The position numbers and the translations under genes are program-made. From Acidimicrobiia bacterium (lineage in GTDB: Bacteria > Actinomycetota > Acidimicrobiia > Spongiisociales > ZC4RG35): a DNA stretch of 64,000 nucleotides. Under the pieces are notes generated by a model that was not told the DNA's origin, made no database searches, and was given only the letters and a program-made list of their open reading frames with translations. Positions 38,766 through 51,611 of this stretch are shown in pieces (the stretch's first letter is position 1; each line of letters opens with the position of its first letter). The stretch is taken from assembly GCA_965216445.1 (NCBI GenBank), contig OZ244166.1, positions 498,565 through 562,564 of the forward strand, written 5' to 3'.

Positions 38766-40163
38766 TCAGCCGAATATCTTGTCGATGAAGCCTGCCTGGT
38801 TCATCACGATGAGTATTGAAAGCACCCACATCACAGGGTGAACATCCCGCACCTTGCCGGAAACAGCCATGATCAGGGTGTGGGCGAGAATCCCCAGACT
38901 GATCCCGAACGTGATCGAGTACGTGAAGGGCATTCCGACGATCGCCAGGAAAGCGGGGATCGCCTTGCGGTAGTCCGACCAGTCGACTTTGGCCGCTCCC
39001 GTCATCATCATCGCTCCGATGATCACCAGTGCCGATGACGTTGCCACAGTTGGGATGGCCTGGGCGAGTGGGGAAAGGAACATGGCCAGTAGGAACATCG
39101 CGGCGACAGTGAGCGATGTCAGGCCGGTCTTTCCACCTTCCTCAACACCTGCGGCGGATTCAATGTACGTCGTCGTGCTTGACGTACCCAGAGCCGCACC
39201 CACCGAAGTAGCAATACCATCGGTGGCGAAGGCTGCTCTCGGTGCCTCGATGTTTCCTTCTTTGGTGAGCATTCCCGCTTTTTCCGACAACCCAATGAGG
39301 GTTCCGGCTGTGTCGAAGAAGTCGACAAACAGGAATGTGAACACGACGCTCACGACGCCCAGCCCAAGGGCGGCACCGATGTCCATGGCAAAGATCAGGT
39401 CACCGGGTGAGGTGAACCCAAAGATCGACCCTCCGAAGCCGGCAAATGGCTCGAGTCCCTCTCCTCCGTAGTTGTAGGCGTTGAGGTCGAAGATGATGGC
39501 AACGACCGTCATCGCCAGGATTCCGATGAGGATGGCGCCCTTGACCTTGTGGACCAGGAGGACTCCAGTGAGGACGACACCGCCTAGGGCTACCCATGGA
39601 AGCCAGTTGGTGAAGTCACCGACGGTGACGAAGGTCGCTGCACTGTCCTGAATCCAGCCTGCTCCGACAAAGCCGATGATGGCGAGAAAGGCACCGATTC
39701 CGGCTGTGATCGCATGCTTGAGATGTAACGGGATCGCATTGAGGATCAGCTCTCGCAATCCGGTGAGTGCGATCAACGCAAACAGGATTCCCGAGATGAA
39801 CACCGCACCTAGGGCCGTCTGCCAGGGGATTCCAAGCGTGAGCACCACTGTGAAGGTGAAATATGCGTTGAGCCCCATGCCGGGTGCAAGAGCGAAAGGC
39901 AGTTTCGCCCACAAAGCCATGATCAACGTTCCGGCCGCTGCGGCCAGAGCCGTGACCGTCAAGAGCTGGGGAAACGCACCTTCGAAGTCGATGGCGTTCG
40001 ACAGGATCGCCGGGTTCACGAAAACGATGTAGGCCATCGCCAGGAACGTTGTGATCCCTGCTCTGATCTCCGTACCGACGGTGCTGCCCCGTTCGGTGAT
40101 CATGAAATAGCGATCGAGGCCGCTTGAGCCCTGTGCTTTCGGTGGCGATTCGGTGGTCGCCAT
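38766..40163 (-). CDS. NCS2/AzgA family purine permease
   Basis: TEIRAGITTFLAMAYI, APGMGLNAYF, DFFDTAGT, TTYIESAAGV. Confidence 0.93.
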   Translation of the reverse strand: MATTESPPKAQGSSGLDRYFMITERGSTVGTEIRAGITTFLAMAYIVFVNPAILSNAIDFEGAFPQLLTVTALAAAAGTLIMALWAKLPFALAPGMGLNAYFTFTVVLTLGIPWQTALGAVFISGILFALIALTGLRELILNAIPLHLKHAITAGIGAFLAIIGFVGAGWIQDSAATFVTVGDFTNWLPWVALGGVVLTGVLLVHKVKGAILIGILAMTVVAIIFDLNAYNYGGEGLEPFAGFGGSIFGFTSPGDLIFAMDIGAALGLGVVSVVFTFLFVDFFDTAGTLIGLSEKAGMLTKEGNIEAPRAAFATDGIATSVGAALGTSSTTTYIESAAGVEEGGKTGLTSLTVAAMFLLAMFLSPLAQAIPTVATSSALVIIGAMMMTGAAKVDWSDYRKAIPAFLAIVGMPFTYSITFGISLGILAHTLIMAVSGKVRDVHPVMWVLSILIVMNQAGFIDKIFG

Positions 40164-40255
40164 ATTCGCTTCCTCCCTTTAGGTGGCGGCCCGAAGGTAG
40201 CTCGTCGGGCCGTGCGATGTCGCCGAGATCGGAGGTTTTGTGCCTTGTTTGCTGG

Positions 40256-40981
40256 CTAGTCGGCGACTGCCCAGTCTGCGGGCAGTTTGATCTCAGTGTG
40301 TCGTGCTGCGGCTTTTTGCTGACCGTCGATCGTGTAGAGGGCTGCGTCGGTCATCAGCTTGCGTCCCTCCACTTCGAGCAGGCGCGCTGTGATCACGTGC
40401 TTCCGACCCGCCTCGATAGGTGAGTCAATTGTCAGGGTCATCAAACCAAGAGCGGGGAAGTAGTGATCCTTCGACCGATGAGATGTGATTGCAGCCCAAG
40501 CTCCAGGACAGTCAAGTGCGCCCCAGATGATGACGTCGGGAATCGCACCATCAGGGTTCGCCAGCGTCTGGTTGGGGATCCAAGTCGCTGCGACCAGATC
40601 TGTCCCTTCGATGGGCCCCGGGAAGATGCGAAGACCATCGTTCGGAAGACGATTTGGTCCGCATACAAAGCAGCTTGGCGCACCGTGAAAGTTGAAGCCT
40701 TCGTACTTTTGTTCGGCCTCCTTTGCCTCTTCCCAACTCACCGGCGGTGGTCCCTCGGGTTTAGGAGTGGCTGGGTAGGCCGTCATCACGACTTGGTCGT
40801 TGTGCACAGCCTGCATCTGGCCACGGTCCTCGACGACACCGAGTGGGGTGTCTAGTGGCGGTGGTGCGTCGAGACGGACTTCGGTTATTCCTGGCAAGTA
40901 CTGGGCGAGAGAACCGGCGGCGATGCCTCCGTTGCCCGACTCATCAGGGCCGTTGAAACGAGACTCGATTACGAATTCCAG
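40256..40981 (-). CDS. Double-hotdog-fold thioesterase-like protein
   Basis: RFNGPDESGNGG, PPPLDTPL, CFVCGP, WGALDCPG. The probable start is CTG 40981 after GGAG; the 522-aa track ORF is over-extended. Confidence 0.75.
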   Translation of the reverse strand: MEFVIESRFNGPDESGNGGIAAGSLAQYLPGITEVRLDAPPPLDTPLGVVEDRGQMQAVHNDQVVMTAYPATPKPEGPPPVSWEEAKEAEQKYEGFNFHGAPSCFVCGPNRLPNDGLRIFPGPIEGTDLVAATWIPNQTLANPDGAIPDVIIWGALDCPGAWAAITSHRSKDHYFPALGLMTLTIDSPIEAGRKHVITARLLEVEGRKLMTDAALYTIDGQQKAAARHTEIKLPADWAVAD

Positions 40982-41049
40982 TTTGAAAGCTCCCGTTTGG
41001 CTGTGGCCAGAGAGTAGTTGGGAGCGGTGGGCCGGCAGGGGCGGCGGTC

Positions 41050-41215
41050 CTAAATAGCCCGCATCCGATTGCTCCTGCTGTTGTGTTTCGACTTCGGCGA
41101 GGCCCAATGCTCCCAAGACTGGTGGGATGTAGTTGCTTACCCGCCCTCGCAAACCCTTCTTGAGTCCGTACCAGCGCCCGATCGGATTGTGTTTCGATCT
41201 CGCCCATGCCTTGCC
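41050..41215 (-). pseudogene. Frameshifted C-terminal remnant of a DUF6855-like gene
   Basis: AWARSKHNPIGRWYGLKKGLRGRVSNYIPPVLGALGLAEVE, then +1 frame HNSRSNRMRAI-stop; no N-terminal half or start codon. Confidence 0.6.
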
Positions 41216-41281
41216 GCGGTCATGCTTGCTCCAGATCGGTAACCTTTTTGTTACAGTAGCAGCCAGGTCGAAAGGACATAT

Positions 41282-41701
41282 GTGACCAAGTATTCGATTA
41301 CTCGAAAGATCAATGCCACACCCGAAAGGATCTGGGGCCTCTTGACCGACGCATCTGCTTATCCGGAATGGAATCCTGCGGTCCTGAAGATCGAGGGCAA
41401 AATCGCGGAAGGTGAGAAGATTGCACTCACCTCGATCGTCAACCCGAAACGGGAGTTCAAGCTGAACGTCGCCGATGTTGACGCACCCCATTCCATGGTC
41501 TGGTGGGATGGCATGCCCCTCGGTCTGTTCAAGGGTGTTCGAACCTTCCGGCTCACTCCACAAGAAGACGGAACCACTGAGTTCTTCATGGAAGAGGTCT
41601 ATTCGGGGCTGATGGCACCATTGATCACCAAGTCCATTCCTGACATGACGGAATCCTTCGAGATGTATGCCAATGGTCTCGAGGCCGCCGTCAAGGCTTG
41701 A
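41282..41701 (+). CDS. SRPBCC domain protein
   Basis: INATPERIWGLLTDASAYPEWNP, EEVYSGLM. Confidence 0.85.
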   Translation: MTKYSITRKINATPERIWGLLTDASAYPEWNPAVLKIEGKIAEGEKIALTSIVNPKREFKLNVADVDAPHSMVWWDGMPLGLFKGVRTFRLTPQEDGTTEFFMEEVYSGLMAPLITKSIPDMTESFEMYANGLEAAVKA

Positions 41702-42024
41702 TGCCTGCGCAGCCCCTGGATCACGACCCTTTCGACGCGCTCGGCGATCCCAATCGGCGGGCGATAATCGGCAGTCTCGTTGAGGAGGACATGTCAGTCG
41801 GCGAGATCGCCGAGCAGCTGCCAATCAGCCGGCCAGCTGTCTCCCGTCATCTCCGTTTGCTCAAGGAGGCGGGGCTCGTCACGGACAGGCCGGAGGGGAC
41901 AAAAAGGGTCTACAGCCTCCACTATGAGGGCGTTGTGGCGATTCAGGAGTACATGAGCGAGGTCTGGGGCGACGTGGCCAACCGGTTCAGGATTGCTTCG
42001 GAGAACACGCGAGAATCGGGTTGA
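41698..42024 (+). CDS. ArsR/SmtB family regulator
   Basis: FDALGDPNRRAII, ISRPAVSRHLRLLKEAGLV. Confidence 0.92.
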   Translation: MMPAQPLDHDPFDALGDPNRRAIIGSLVEEDMSVGEIAEQLPISRPAVSRHLRLLKEAGLVTDRPEGTKRVYSLHYEGVVAIQEYMSEVWGDVANRFRIASENTRESG

Positions 42025-42464
42025 TGGACCCAATCGTCGTCGAGTTCGAGGTCGAGTGCACCAGCGAGCACGCTTTCAAGATGTGGACCGAGAAGGCTGC
42101 CTTGTGGTGGCCACGGTCCCACACGATGAGCGAGGACCCCGGTCTGACTGTGACATTCGAACCAAAGGTCGGAGGACGGATATATGAGGTCGGTTCGGAC
42201 GGAACTGAACACGAGTGGGGCGAGGTAACTGTTTGGGATCCACCGGTGCGCATCGAATACCTCTGGCATCTGTTCTTTGATCGGTCCCAGGCAACCCAAC
42301 TCTCCGTGACCTTCGATGACGTGAGTAGCGGAACCACGGTTCGGTTGGTTCAGACCGGTTTCGATCGATTGCCCGAAAACATTGCTTTGACCCGGCGGAA
42401 TCGCACCGAAGGTGCGTGGGGTGAGGTCACTGGTTTCTATTGTGACGCCCTAGCCGCCGAATGA
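42021..42464 (+). CDS. SRPBCC/AHSA1-like protein
   Basis: FEPKVGGRIYE, WGEVTVWDPP, TTVRLVQTG. Confidence 0.85.
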   Translation: MMDPIVVEFEVECTSEHAFKMWTEKAALWWPRSHTMSEDPGLTVTFEPKVGGRIYEVGSDGTEHEWGEVTVWDPPVRIEYLWHLFFDRSQATQLSVTFDDVSSGTTVRLVQTGFDRLPENIALTRRNRTEGAWGEVTGFYCDALAAE

Positions 42465-42892
42465 CAGACGCTGTTGGCTCCAAGGAGAATCGCTATCCAC
42501 CGTCGCTGCTATTCGAGCGGCTTCGAGCGCTCAAGCTAAATCCGGATCACCATGCCGTCTTCGGCAGTGGTCCGTTGGCAATTCGTGGGCTCATGGATGA
42601 AGTCGGCGATCTAGACATCTTGACCCGCGGCCCCGCCTGGGACCAGGTTAGAGCCATAGGTGAAGTGGTCATGTATGGCGACGATGTGACAATCGATTTG
42701 GGCAACGGCCTGACTTTCGGGCGTTCGTGGGCCTACGGCGATTTCGACATCGATAAGTTGATCGATGAGGCGGAGACGATCCGCGGAATCCGATGTGTCC
42801 AGCTCTCCGCCGTGGTTGAGTTCAAGAGAATTGCCCGTCGCCCCAAGGATCTTCAACACCTCGAGCTGCTCGAGCAGAGGGGCCTGATCTAG
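42461..42892 (+). CDS. Hypothetical protein with a nucleotidyltransferase-like motif
   Basis: AVFGSGPL...GDLDIL and C-terminal RPKD. Confidence 0.6.
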   Translation: MTDAVGSKENRYPPSLLFERLRALKLNPDHHAVFGSGPLAIRGLMDEVGDLDILTRGPAWDQVRAIGEVVMYGDDVTIDLGNGLTFGRSWAYGDFDIDKLIDEAETIRGIRCVQLSAVVEFKRIARRPKDLQHLELLEQRGLI

Positions 42893-42962
42893 CCAATCGA
42901 TTCCATCCGACGCCCACTCTCCGCGTTTGGTAATTTCCAGTTAGGAACGCAGGAGGAGCCCA

Positions 42963-45269
42963 ATGAGAACTCGTCGCGGTGCGCTGCTGGTGGCGGCGGC
43001 CATGATTGCAGCACTACTACCCGTGACCGCAGCATCGGGCCGGGTCGACAACCCCGGACATCAGTCATACTCGATCGACGTATTGTCCAGCCCGGCCGAG
43101 CTAGTAAGCGGGGGGACTGCCCGTCTCGAGATCACCGCCCCTCCGGGGGCCCTCGGCAGGTTGGTCGTTACCTTGAATGGCGACCCGGTGACTGGCGAGT
43201 TTGAGGCGACATCGGCGCGCACCGTCGAAGGCGTTGTCCAAGGACTCGTGGAAGGCGACAATCTGGTCGAGGTATTCAAGAGTGACAACGCGAGCAAGGC
43301 CTCGGCGTCCGTTGAACTGACCAACCATCCGATCAGCGGTCCGATGTTCTCCGGACCTCAACAGCAGCCGTTCCTCTGCTCCACTGATGGGGATAGGGCC
43401 GGAGCAGAGCTCGGGCCCGCCGTCGACGAAAACTGTTCCACCGAGACGGTCGTTTCGTTCAAGTATCGGACAACGGCCGGCTCCTGGGCCGCCTATGACC
43501 CAGCAGGCGAGCCGCCAACAGACATGGCCACCACGACAACCATGGATGGCGAGACAGTCGACTACATCATCCGCTGGGAACGAGGAACGATCAACCGGTT
43601 CATCTACTCCATTGCCATGCTGTCGCCCAATACCCAGGATGTGGACTCTCCGGACCTGTCGACGTGGAACGACCGCCTGATCTACTACTTCCAGGGCGGG
43701 GTCGGCATCGGCCACTACCAAGGTGACCCGTCGCGGAGCCGGATGCTCTACGACCACGGCTTGGGACTCGGGTATGCCGTTGCATACTCCACCGGCACCA
43801 AGACGGGCGAGCACTATAACCTTCAGGTCGGCGGCGAAACCGCAATCATGGTCAAAGATCGGTTCGTCACCGAATATGGCGATCCGTTCTATACCGTCGG
43901 CGTAGGTGGCTCCGGTGGGGCGATCCAGCAATATGTTTACGGGCAGAACCACAAAGGTTTGATCGACGCAGGGATTCCCCAGTACTCGTATCCGGACATG
44001 TTGACCCAGACCATTCACGTTGGAGACTGTGAGCTGCTCGAGCGTTGGATCGACTTCCAGTTGTTCGCCGAAGGCAATCTCAAATGGGCCGACTGGACGG
44101 CACGCACCCATCTTGAAGGCATGAATGCGATCAACGGCTTCGAGAACGACTTTTTGCCGGTGATGCCACCGGGATACCCGGAGGGTTCGTCGGAGTGCAT
44201 CAACGGGTGGCGGGGCCTTTCGCCTTTGGCTCTGAACCCCCACTTTGGGACCGCTCCAGGGATCAGCCCTGAAGACCAAGTGTCAACAGAATGGACTCAT
44301 TACGCCGACGCCGTGAACATCTACGGAGTCGCTGCCGACGGGTTTGCCGCCAGCACCTGGGACAACGTGGGTGTGCAATACGGTCTGGAGGCGTTGAGGT
44401 CCGGATTCCTGACCCCCGACGAGTTCATCGACCTGAACGCCAACGCCGGCTCGTGGAAGAACGAGCCGGACATGGTCCAGGAAGGCTGCCCGTTCATCAG
44501 CGCACTCTGCCCCGATCCGGCTGACCTCGCCGGGGTCAACCCGATACCCGACATTTGGCCCAACCTGCTCGACCCGTGGAGTATGCGGAACATGGCACTG
44601 TCGCCCGACGGTGGGATTACTCCAGCTCCCCGGAAGACTGCCGACCCCGGTGCCATCGCCAACGCCTACAACGGTGGGCATGTCAACGTCGGGGACATCG
44701 ACATTCCGATGATCGACTGGCGCAACTATCTGGAAAGAGAGCTGGACATGCACAACTCGCATCAGTCCTTTGCCTCAAGGCAGCGGATGATCGACTTCGA
44801 CGGTGATGCTTCGAATCAGGTCATTTGGTTCACGGACGGGAATGATGCAGGGGACGAGTTCGATCAGACTCCGCTTGCGTTCGAGATCATTGATCAGTGG
44901 ATGCTCAACATCGCGGCCAACCCACGTGCCGGTGTTGCGGCCAACAAGCCTGATGCCGCGGTTGACTCGTGCTTCGACTCGGAGGGCAACCTCATCTACG
45001 CAGGAGCCGATGCATGGGCCGGAATCCTCGATGACGGGCCTTTGGGGCCATGCGCAGCGGAATTCGAGATCTACTCGAACTCTCGGATCGTTGCCGGCGG
45101 TCCGATCTCTGGCGATGTATTCAAGTGTCACCTCCAGAGTCTGGAATCTGCTCAGAGGGCAGGCCTGTATGGCGATGTCCGGTTCACTTCGGACCAGATC
45201 GCACAACTGCGCAGCATCTTCCCGACCGGAGTGTGCGACTACCGGCGAGGTGACGCCCAGCAACCGTAG
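42963..45269 (+). CDS. Large secreted alpha/beta-hydrolase-like protein (DUF6351/tannase-like)
   Basis: Signal peptide, LSSPAELVSGG, ERGTINRFIY, GVGGSGGAIQQ, C-terminal IFPTGVCDY. Confidence 0.75.
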   Translation: MRTRRGALLVAAAMIAALLPVTAASGRVDNPGHQSYSIDVLSSPAELVSGGTARLEITAPPGALGRLVVTLNGDPVTGEFEATSARTVEGVVQGLVEGDNLVEVFKSDNASKASASVELTNHPISGPMFSGPQQQPFLCSTDGDRAGAELGPAVDENCSTETVVSFKYRTTAGSWAAYDPAGEPPTDMATTTTMDGETVDYIIRWERGTINRFIYSIAMLSPNTQDVDSPDLSTWNDRLIYYFQGGVGIGHYQGDPSRSRMLYDHGLGLGYAVAYSTGTKTGEHYNLQVGGETAIMVKDRFVTEYGDPFYTVGVGGSGGAIQQYVYGQNHKGLIDAGIPQYSYPDMLTQTIHVGDCELLERWIDFQLFAEGNLKWADWTARTHLEGMNAINGFENDFLPVMPPGYPEGSSECINGWRGLSPLALNPHFGTAPGISPEDQVSTEWTHYADAVNIYGVAADGFAASTWDNVGVQYGLEALRSGFLTPDEFIDLNANAGSWKNEPDMVQEGCPFISALCPDPADLAGVNPIPDIWPNLLDPWSMRNMALSPDGGITPAPRKTADPGAIANAYNGGHVNVGDIDIPMIDWRNYLERELDMHNSHQSFASRQRMIDFDGDASNQVIWFTDGNDAGDEFDQTPLAFEIIDQWMLNIAANPRAGVAANKPDAAVDSCFDSEGNLIYAGADAWAGILDDGPLGPCAAEFEIYSNSRIVAGGPISGDVFKCHLQSLESAQRAGLYGDVRFTSDQIAQLRSIFPTGVCDYRRGDAQQP

Positions 45270-45282
45270 AGGTCTCGAGCCA

Positions 45283-45330
45283 AGCCACCACCTCCGGAAC
45301 GGCGCCCCCTCGCCTCCGGAGGTGGTGGTT
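45283..45330 (+). terminator. Long hairpin (16-bp stem) downstream of the secreted hydrolase gene
   Basis: AGCCACCACCTCCGGA...TCCGGAGGTGGTGGTT. Confidence 0.55.
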
Positions 45331-45346
45331 ACCCTGTCAGGTTCCA

Positions 45347-46312
45347 ATGCAAGCAACTGTCTACGACCGGTACGGGCCACCGGAGGTTCTTGAGCTCGCC
45401 GAAGTCGACAAACCCGTCGCCACTGGCGATCGAATCCTGATCAAGCTGCGGGCGGCGTCATTGAATCGGTCCGACTGGGAAGCGCTCACCGGGACTCCTC
45501 TGTACGCCAGGATGGGCGGTCTCCGCGCACCGGGAACTCCGATACTCGGATCTGACATTGCCGGGACCGTGGAAGCTGTTGGTGAAGATGTGACCAGATT
45601 CAAACCGGGCGACGACGTGTTTGGCGACGTTCTCTACTTCGGTTCCCGAGGCTTCGCCGAATACGTGGCCGTCCGAGAGAAGGCCACCTTGACTATCAAG
45701 CCCCCGACCTTGAGTTTTGAGGAGGCTGCTGCACTGCCTCAGGCTGGTGTGATCGCGCTGCAGGCATTTCGGGGCCGAGGCAAGGTCAGCAAAGGTCAGG
45801 ATGTGCTCATCAATGGAGCAGGTGGTGGTGGTGGATCGTTTGCGATTCAAATCGCAAAGGCCCAGGGCGCACGAGTCACCGGTGTCGATACGGCCGAGAA
45901 GTTCGATTTCATGCGGTCGGTCGGAGCCGACCGGACGATCGACTACAGAACCGAAGACTTCACGAAGAGCGGCAGATACGACGTGATTCTCGATCTGGTC
46001 GCCCACCGATCGTTGTTTGCGATCAGAAGAGCGTTGAAACAGGGCGGAAGGTATCTCCTCGTTGGTGGATCGATGTGGAGGTTGTTTCAAACGGCAGTTG
46101 TCGGCTGGCCCCTCTCGAAGTTGGGGAGTCGGTACTCAGGCGTTCTCGGCGTGAAGCCGAATCGGGAGGATCTAGAACATCTGGCGGATCTGGTGGTGAA
46201 AGATGGGCTGAAAGTTCATATCGACCGGACCTACACCCTGGATCAAGTTCCCGCGGCTTTGGACGACCTCGGTGCCGGTCGATCCCGAGGAAAACTTGTT
46301 ATCACGATCTAG
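45347..46312 (+). CDS. NAD(P)-dependent MDR oxidoreductase (alcohol dehydrogenase/quinone reductase-like)
   Basis: YGPPEVL, LGSDIAG, INGAGGGGG, GKLVI. Confidence 0.9.
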   Translation: MQATVYDRYGPPEVLELAEVDKPVATGDRILIKLRAASLNRSDWEALTGTPLYARMGGLRAPGTPILGSDIAGTVEAVGEDVTRFKPGDDVFGDVLYFGSRGFAEYVAVREKATLTIKPPTLSFEEAAALPQAGVIALQAFRGRGKVSKGQDVLINGAGGGGGSFAIQIAKAQGARVTGVDTAEKFDFMRSVGADRTIDYRTEDFTKSGRYDVILDLVAHRSLFAIRRALKQGGRYLLVGGSMWRLFQTAVVGWPLSKLGSRYSGVLGVKPNREDLEHLADLVVKDGLKVHIDRTYTLDQVPAALDDLGAGRSRGKLVITI

Positions 46313-46318
46313 GCAAGA

Positions 46319-46351
46319 AAAAGGGGGGCAACCATCGGCCGCCCCCCTTTT
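46319..46351. terminator. Bidirectional intrinsic terminator
   Basis: AAAAGGGGGGC...GCCCCCCTTTT between convergent genes. Confidence 0.8.
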
Positions 46352-46367
46352 CTGGTCTTTGCCGCTG

Positions 46368-49749
<3,382 letters not shown>

Positions 49750-49817
49750 TGATAGTGCCTCCTCTGCACTTCGGTTCCGTCCCGGTCGAACCGAACCATC
49801 CAAATTTCCTGCTCCAA

Positions 49818-49864
49818 CCACTACATGTTGTGGTCTGTGGGGAAGTAACCACGACATCTAGTGT
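49818..49864. promoter_or_regulatory. Tandem NrdR boxes
   Basis: CCACTACATGTTGTGG (49818-49833) and CCACGACATCTAGTGT (49849-49864), 31 bp apart, upstream of nrdJ. Confidence 0.85.
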
Positions 49865-49910
49865 GAGCTTCAACACTGTAATTACACGAATGTGATTGGT
49901 CAAGAACCAG

Positions 49911-49919
49911 TTATCCACA
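49911..49919 (+). promoter_or_regulatory. Perfect DnaA box upstream of nrdJ
   Basis: TTATCCACA. Confidence 0.55.
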
Positions 49920-50126
49920 GGTCTGAACGGGTGCGAAACCGGTGACAAAACAACCGACTTCGAGGGGAAGAAGACGTCAGATCAGGGACGTTGGGGAAGT
50001 GTTGGAGACTGTATAGGTGGCTACCTAGCTGGGCGAGTTTTTGACCTTTCGAATTTTCGCGACCTCGAATTCTCGGCATCGGTTTCGGTCACGAAGCGTC
50101 AGTTGCTGGTTGCCTAGACTTCTTCG

Positions 50127-50798
50127 GTGACCGCGATTGGCTCACTCAACGAAAAACCCCTCCACGCCTCGCTGAAGGACTGGTATTCCCGTGAGGGCGA
50201 TCGTGTTGAGGCACCTGTCGAGGGTTTTGTCGTCGACATAATCCGAGGCGACTTGCTGATCGAGATTCAGACAAGAGGCTTCTCGGCAATGAGACGGAAG
50301 TTCGATCGGTTGCTGGACACACATCCGATCCGACTCGTTCACCCGGTTCCTGCAACCAAGTGGATCGTGAAGCTCGACGACGAAGGAAATCCCGTCTCGA
50401 GGAATCGGTCTCCAAAGCGCGGCGTCGGTCTCGATGTCTGCGCCGAACTGGTTTCGTTTCCCTCACTGCTGAGTCATCCGAATTTCTCAATCGAGGTTCT
50501 GATGACTGAAGAGGAAGAGGTTTGGGCTGCTTCGTCGAAGGGTTGGCGTCGGCGGGGGTATGTGGTTGACCATCGACGTTTACTCGACGTGCGAGAGACC
50601 GTCCGCCTAGATGGCCCCGGCGATTTAGGGCATCAGCTTCCGGATGATCTGCCAGACATCTTCAACACCGCTGATATCGCCGGTGGTCTGGGTCGGTCAC
50701 GCCATGCCGCCCAGGAAGTCGCCTACTGTTTGCGATTGTCCGGCGCGGCCGCGGTCGTCGGCCGGGACAAATCGGGGATTCGCTACCGCCTTACCTAG
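50127..50798 (+). CDS. Hypothetical protein, PD-(D/E)XK-like nuclease fold with a C-terminal winged helix
   Basis: NEKPLHASLK, VDIIRGDLLIEIQT, FNTADIAGGLG...YCLRLSG. Confidence 0.65.
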   Translation: MTAIGSLNEKPLHASLKDWYSREGDRVEAPVEGFVVDIIRGDLLIEIQTRGFSAMRRKFDRLLDTHPIRLVHPVPATKWIVKLDDEGNPVSRNRSPKRGVGLDVCAELVSFPSLLSHPNFSIEVLMTEEEEVWAASSKGWRRRGYVVDHRRLLDVRETVRLDGPGDLGHQLPDDLPDIFNTADIAGGLGRSRHAAQEVAYCLRLSGAAAVVGRDKSGIRYRLT

Positions 50799-50807
50799 CG
50801 AAAGCTA

Positions 50808-51452
50808 TTACCGAGCTTTGTGGAACTCCTGCTGGGGTTTATCCAGGGGCCAAATCTTGAACGACAGTTGCACAATGGGTCCAATGAATAGTGCAAAAGC
50901 AATCGTTCCAACCCCGAAGGTGCCTCCAAGAAGCCAACCGATGGCCAGCACTGCGATTTCGATCACGGTCCTGGTCAACCGGATCGAGGGGCCGTACTTG
51001 GCGATACCGGTCATGAGCCCGTCCCGTGGTCCCGGTCCCAGGTTTGCGGCGATGTAGAGACCGGAGGCAAGGCCGATGATCACAATTCCGGCGACCAGCA
51101 ACGCCACCCGCCAAACCATCGCCTCAGGTGACGGAACGACGAGAGCGAAACCGTCGATAGCCACCCCGATGATCAACATGTTGAGCAAGGTCCCCAGTCC
51201 GTAAGGCTCTTTGATCGGGATCCACAGCAGCAGGACGATCGCGGAGATGATTATCGACCAAATCCCAACCGTTAAGCCGAAACGCTCTGCCAAGCCTTGA
51301 TGAAGCACATCCCATGGGGGGAGTCCAAGCTCTGACTGCAGCATCAGGGCAATCCCGAATCCGAAAGCTGTGAGCCCGATGACTAACTGGGTGATCCGTG
51401 CGGCCAGATTTGGGCCGGAGGTGGGTATCAACAGTTGCTGTTTGGTGGTCAT
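50808..51452 (-). CDS. YczE/YitT family membrane protein
   Basis: LGLPPWDVLHQG, LGPGPRDGLM, GGTFGVGT. Confidence 0.88.
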   Translation of the reverse strand: MTTKQQLLIPTSGPNLAARITQLVIGLTAFGFGIALMLQSELGLPPWDVLHQGLAERFGLTVGIWSIIISAIVLLLWIPIKEPYGLGTLLNMLIIGVAIDGFALVVPSPEAMVWRVALLVAGIVIIGLASGLYIAANLGPGPRDGLMTGIAKYGPSIRLTRTVIEIAVLAIGWLLGGTFGVGTIAFALFIGPIVQLSFKIWPLDKPQQEFHKAR

Positions 51453-51538
51453 GGATGAAGTCGGTTCGTAAGGGGCTAACTTGTCAACACCACTTTCACA
51501 GGGTCACGTGGCAATAGCAAGAGGTTTTGTCTCGTTCA

Positions 51539-51586
51539 GTTCTTTTCTCGATTCCGGCCATATATGGCCGGGTATACCTAAGGAAA
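51539..51586 (-). repeat. 48-bp dyad repeat, copy 6
   Basis: Minus strand TTTCC-TTAGGTATACC-CGGCCATATATGGCCG-GAATCGAGAAA-AGAAC, in the divergent yczE/lutA intergenic region. Confidence 0.85.
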
Positions 51587-51611
51587 GCGTTTCAAGTCGT
51601 ATCGTTAGGCC

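Noticed and set aside
40164-40255. Purine riboswitch before the NCS2 permease
   Set aside because: No recognisable purine-aptamer junction or loop motifs.
40256-41824. 522-aa minus-strand ORF read as one protein
   Set aside because: It is a chance read-through joining the antisense of the SRPBCC/ArsR genes, a gene remnant and the real hotdog-fold gene.
43101-44279. Long antisense ORFs (e.g. 392 aa here; also 14016-14756 and 55611-56453)
   Set aside because: Shadow ORFs expected opposite real genes in high-GC DNA; no motifs and atypical composition.
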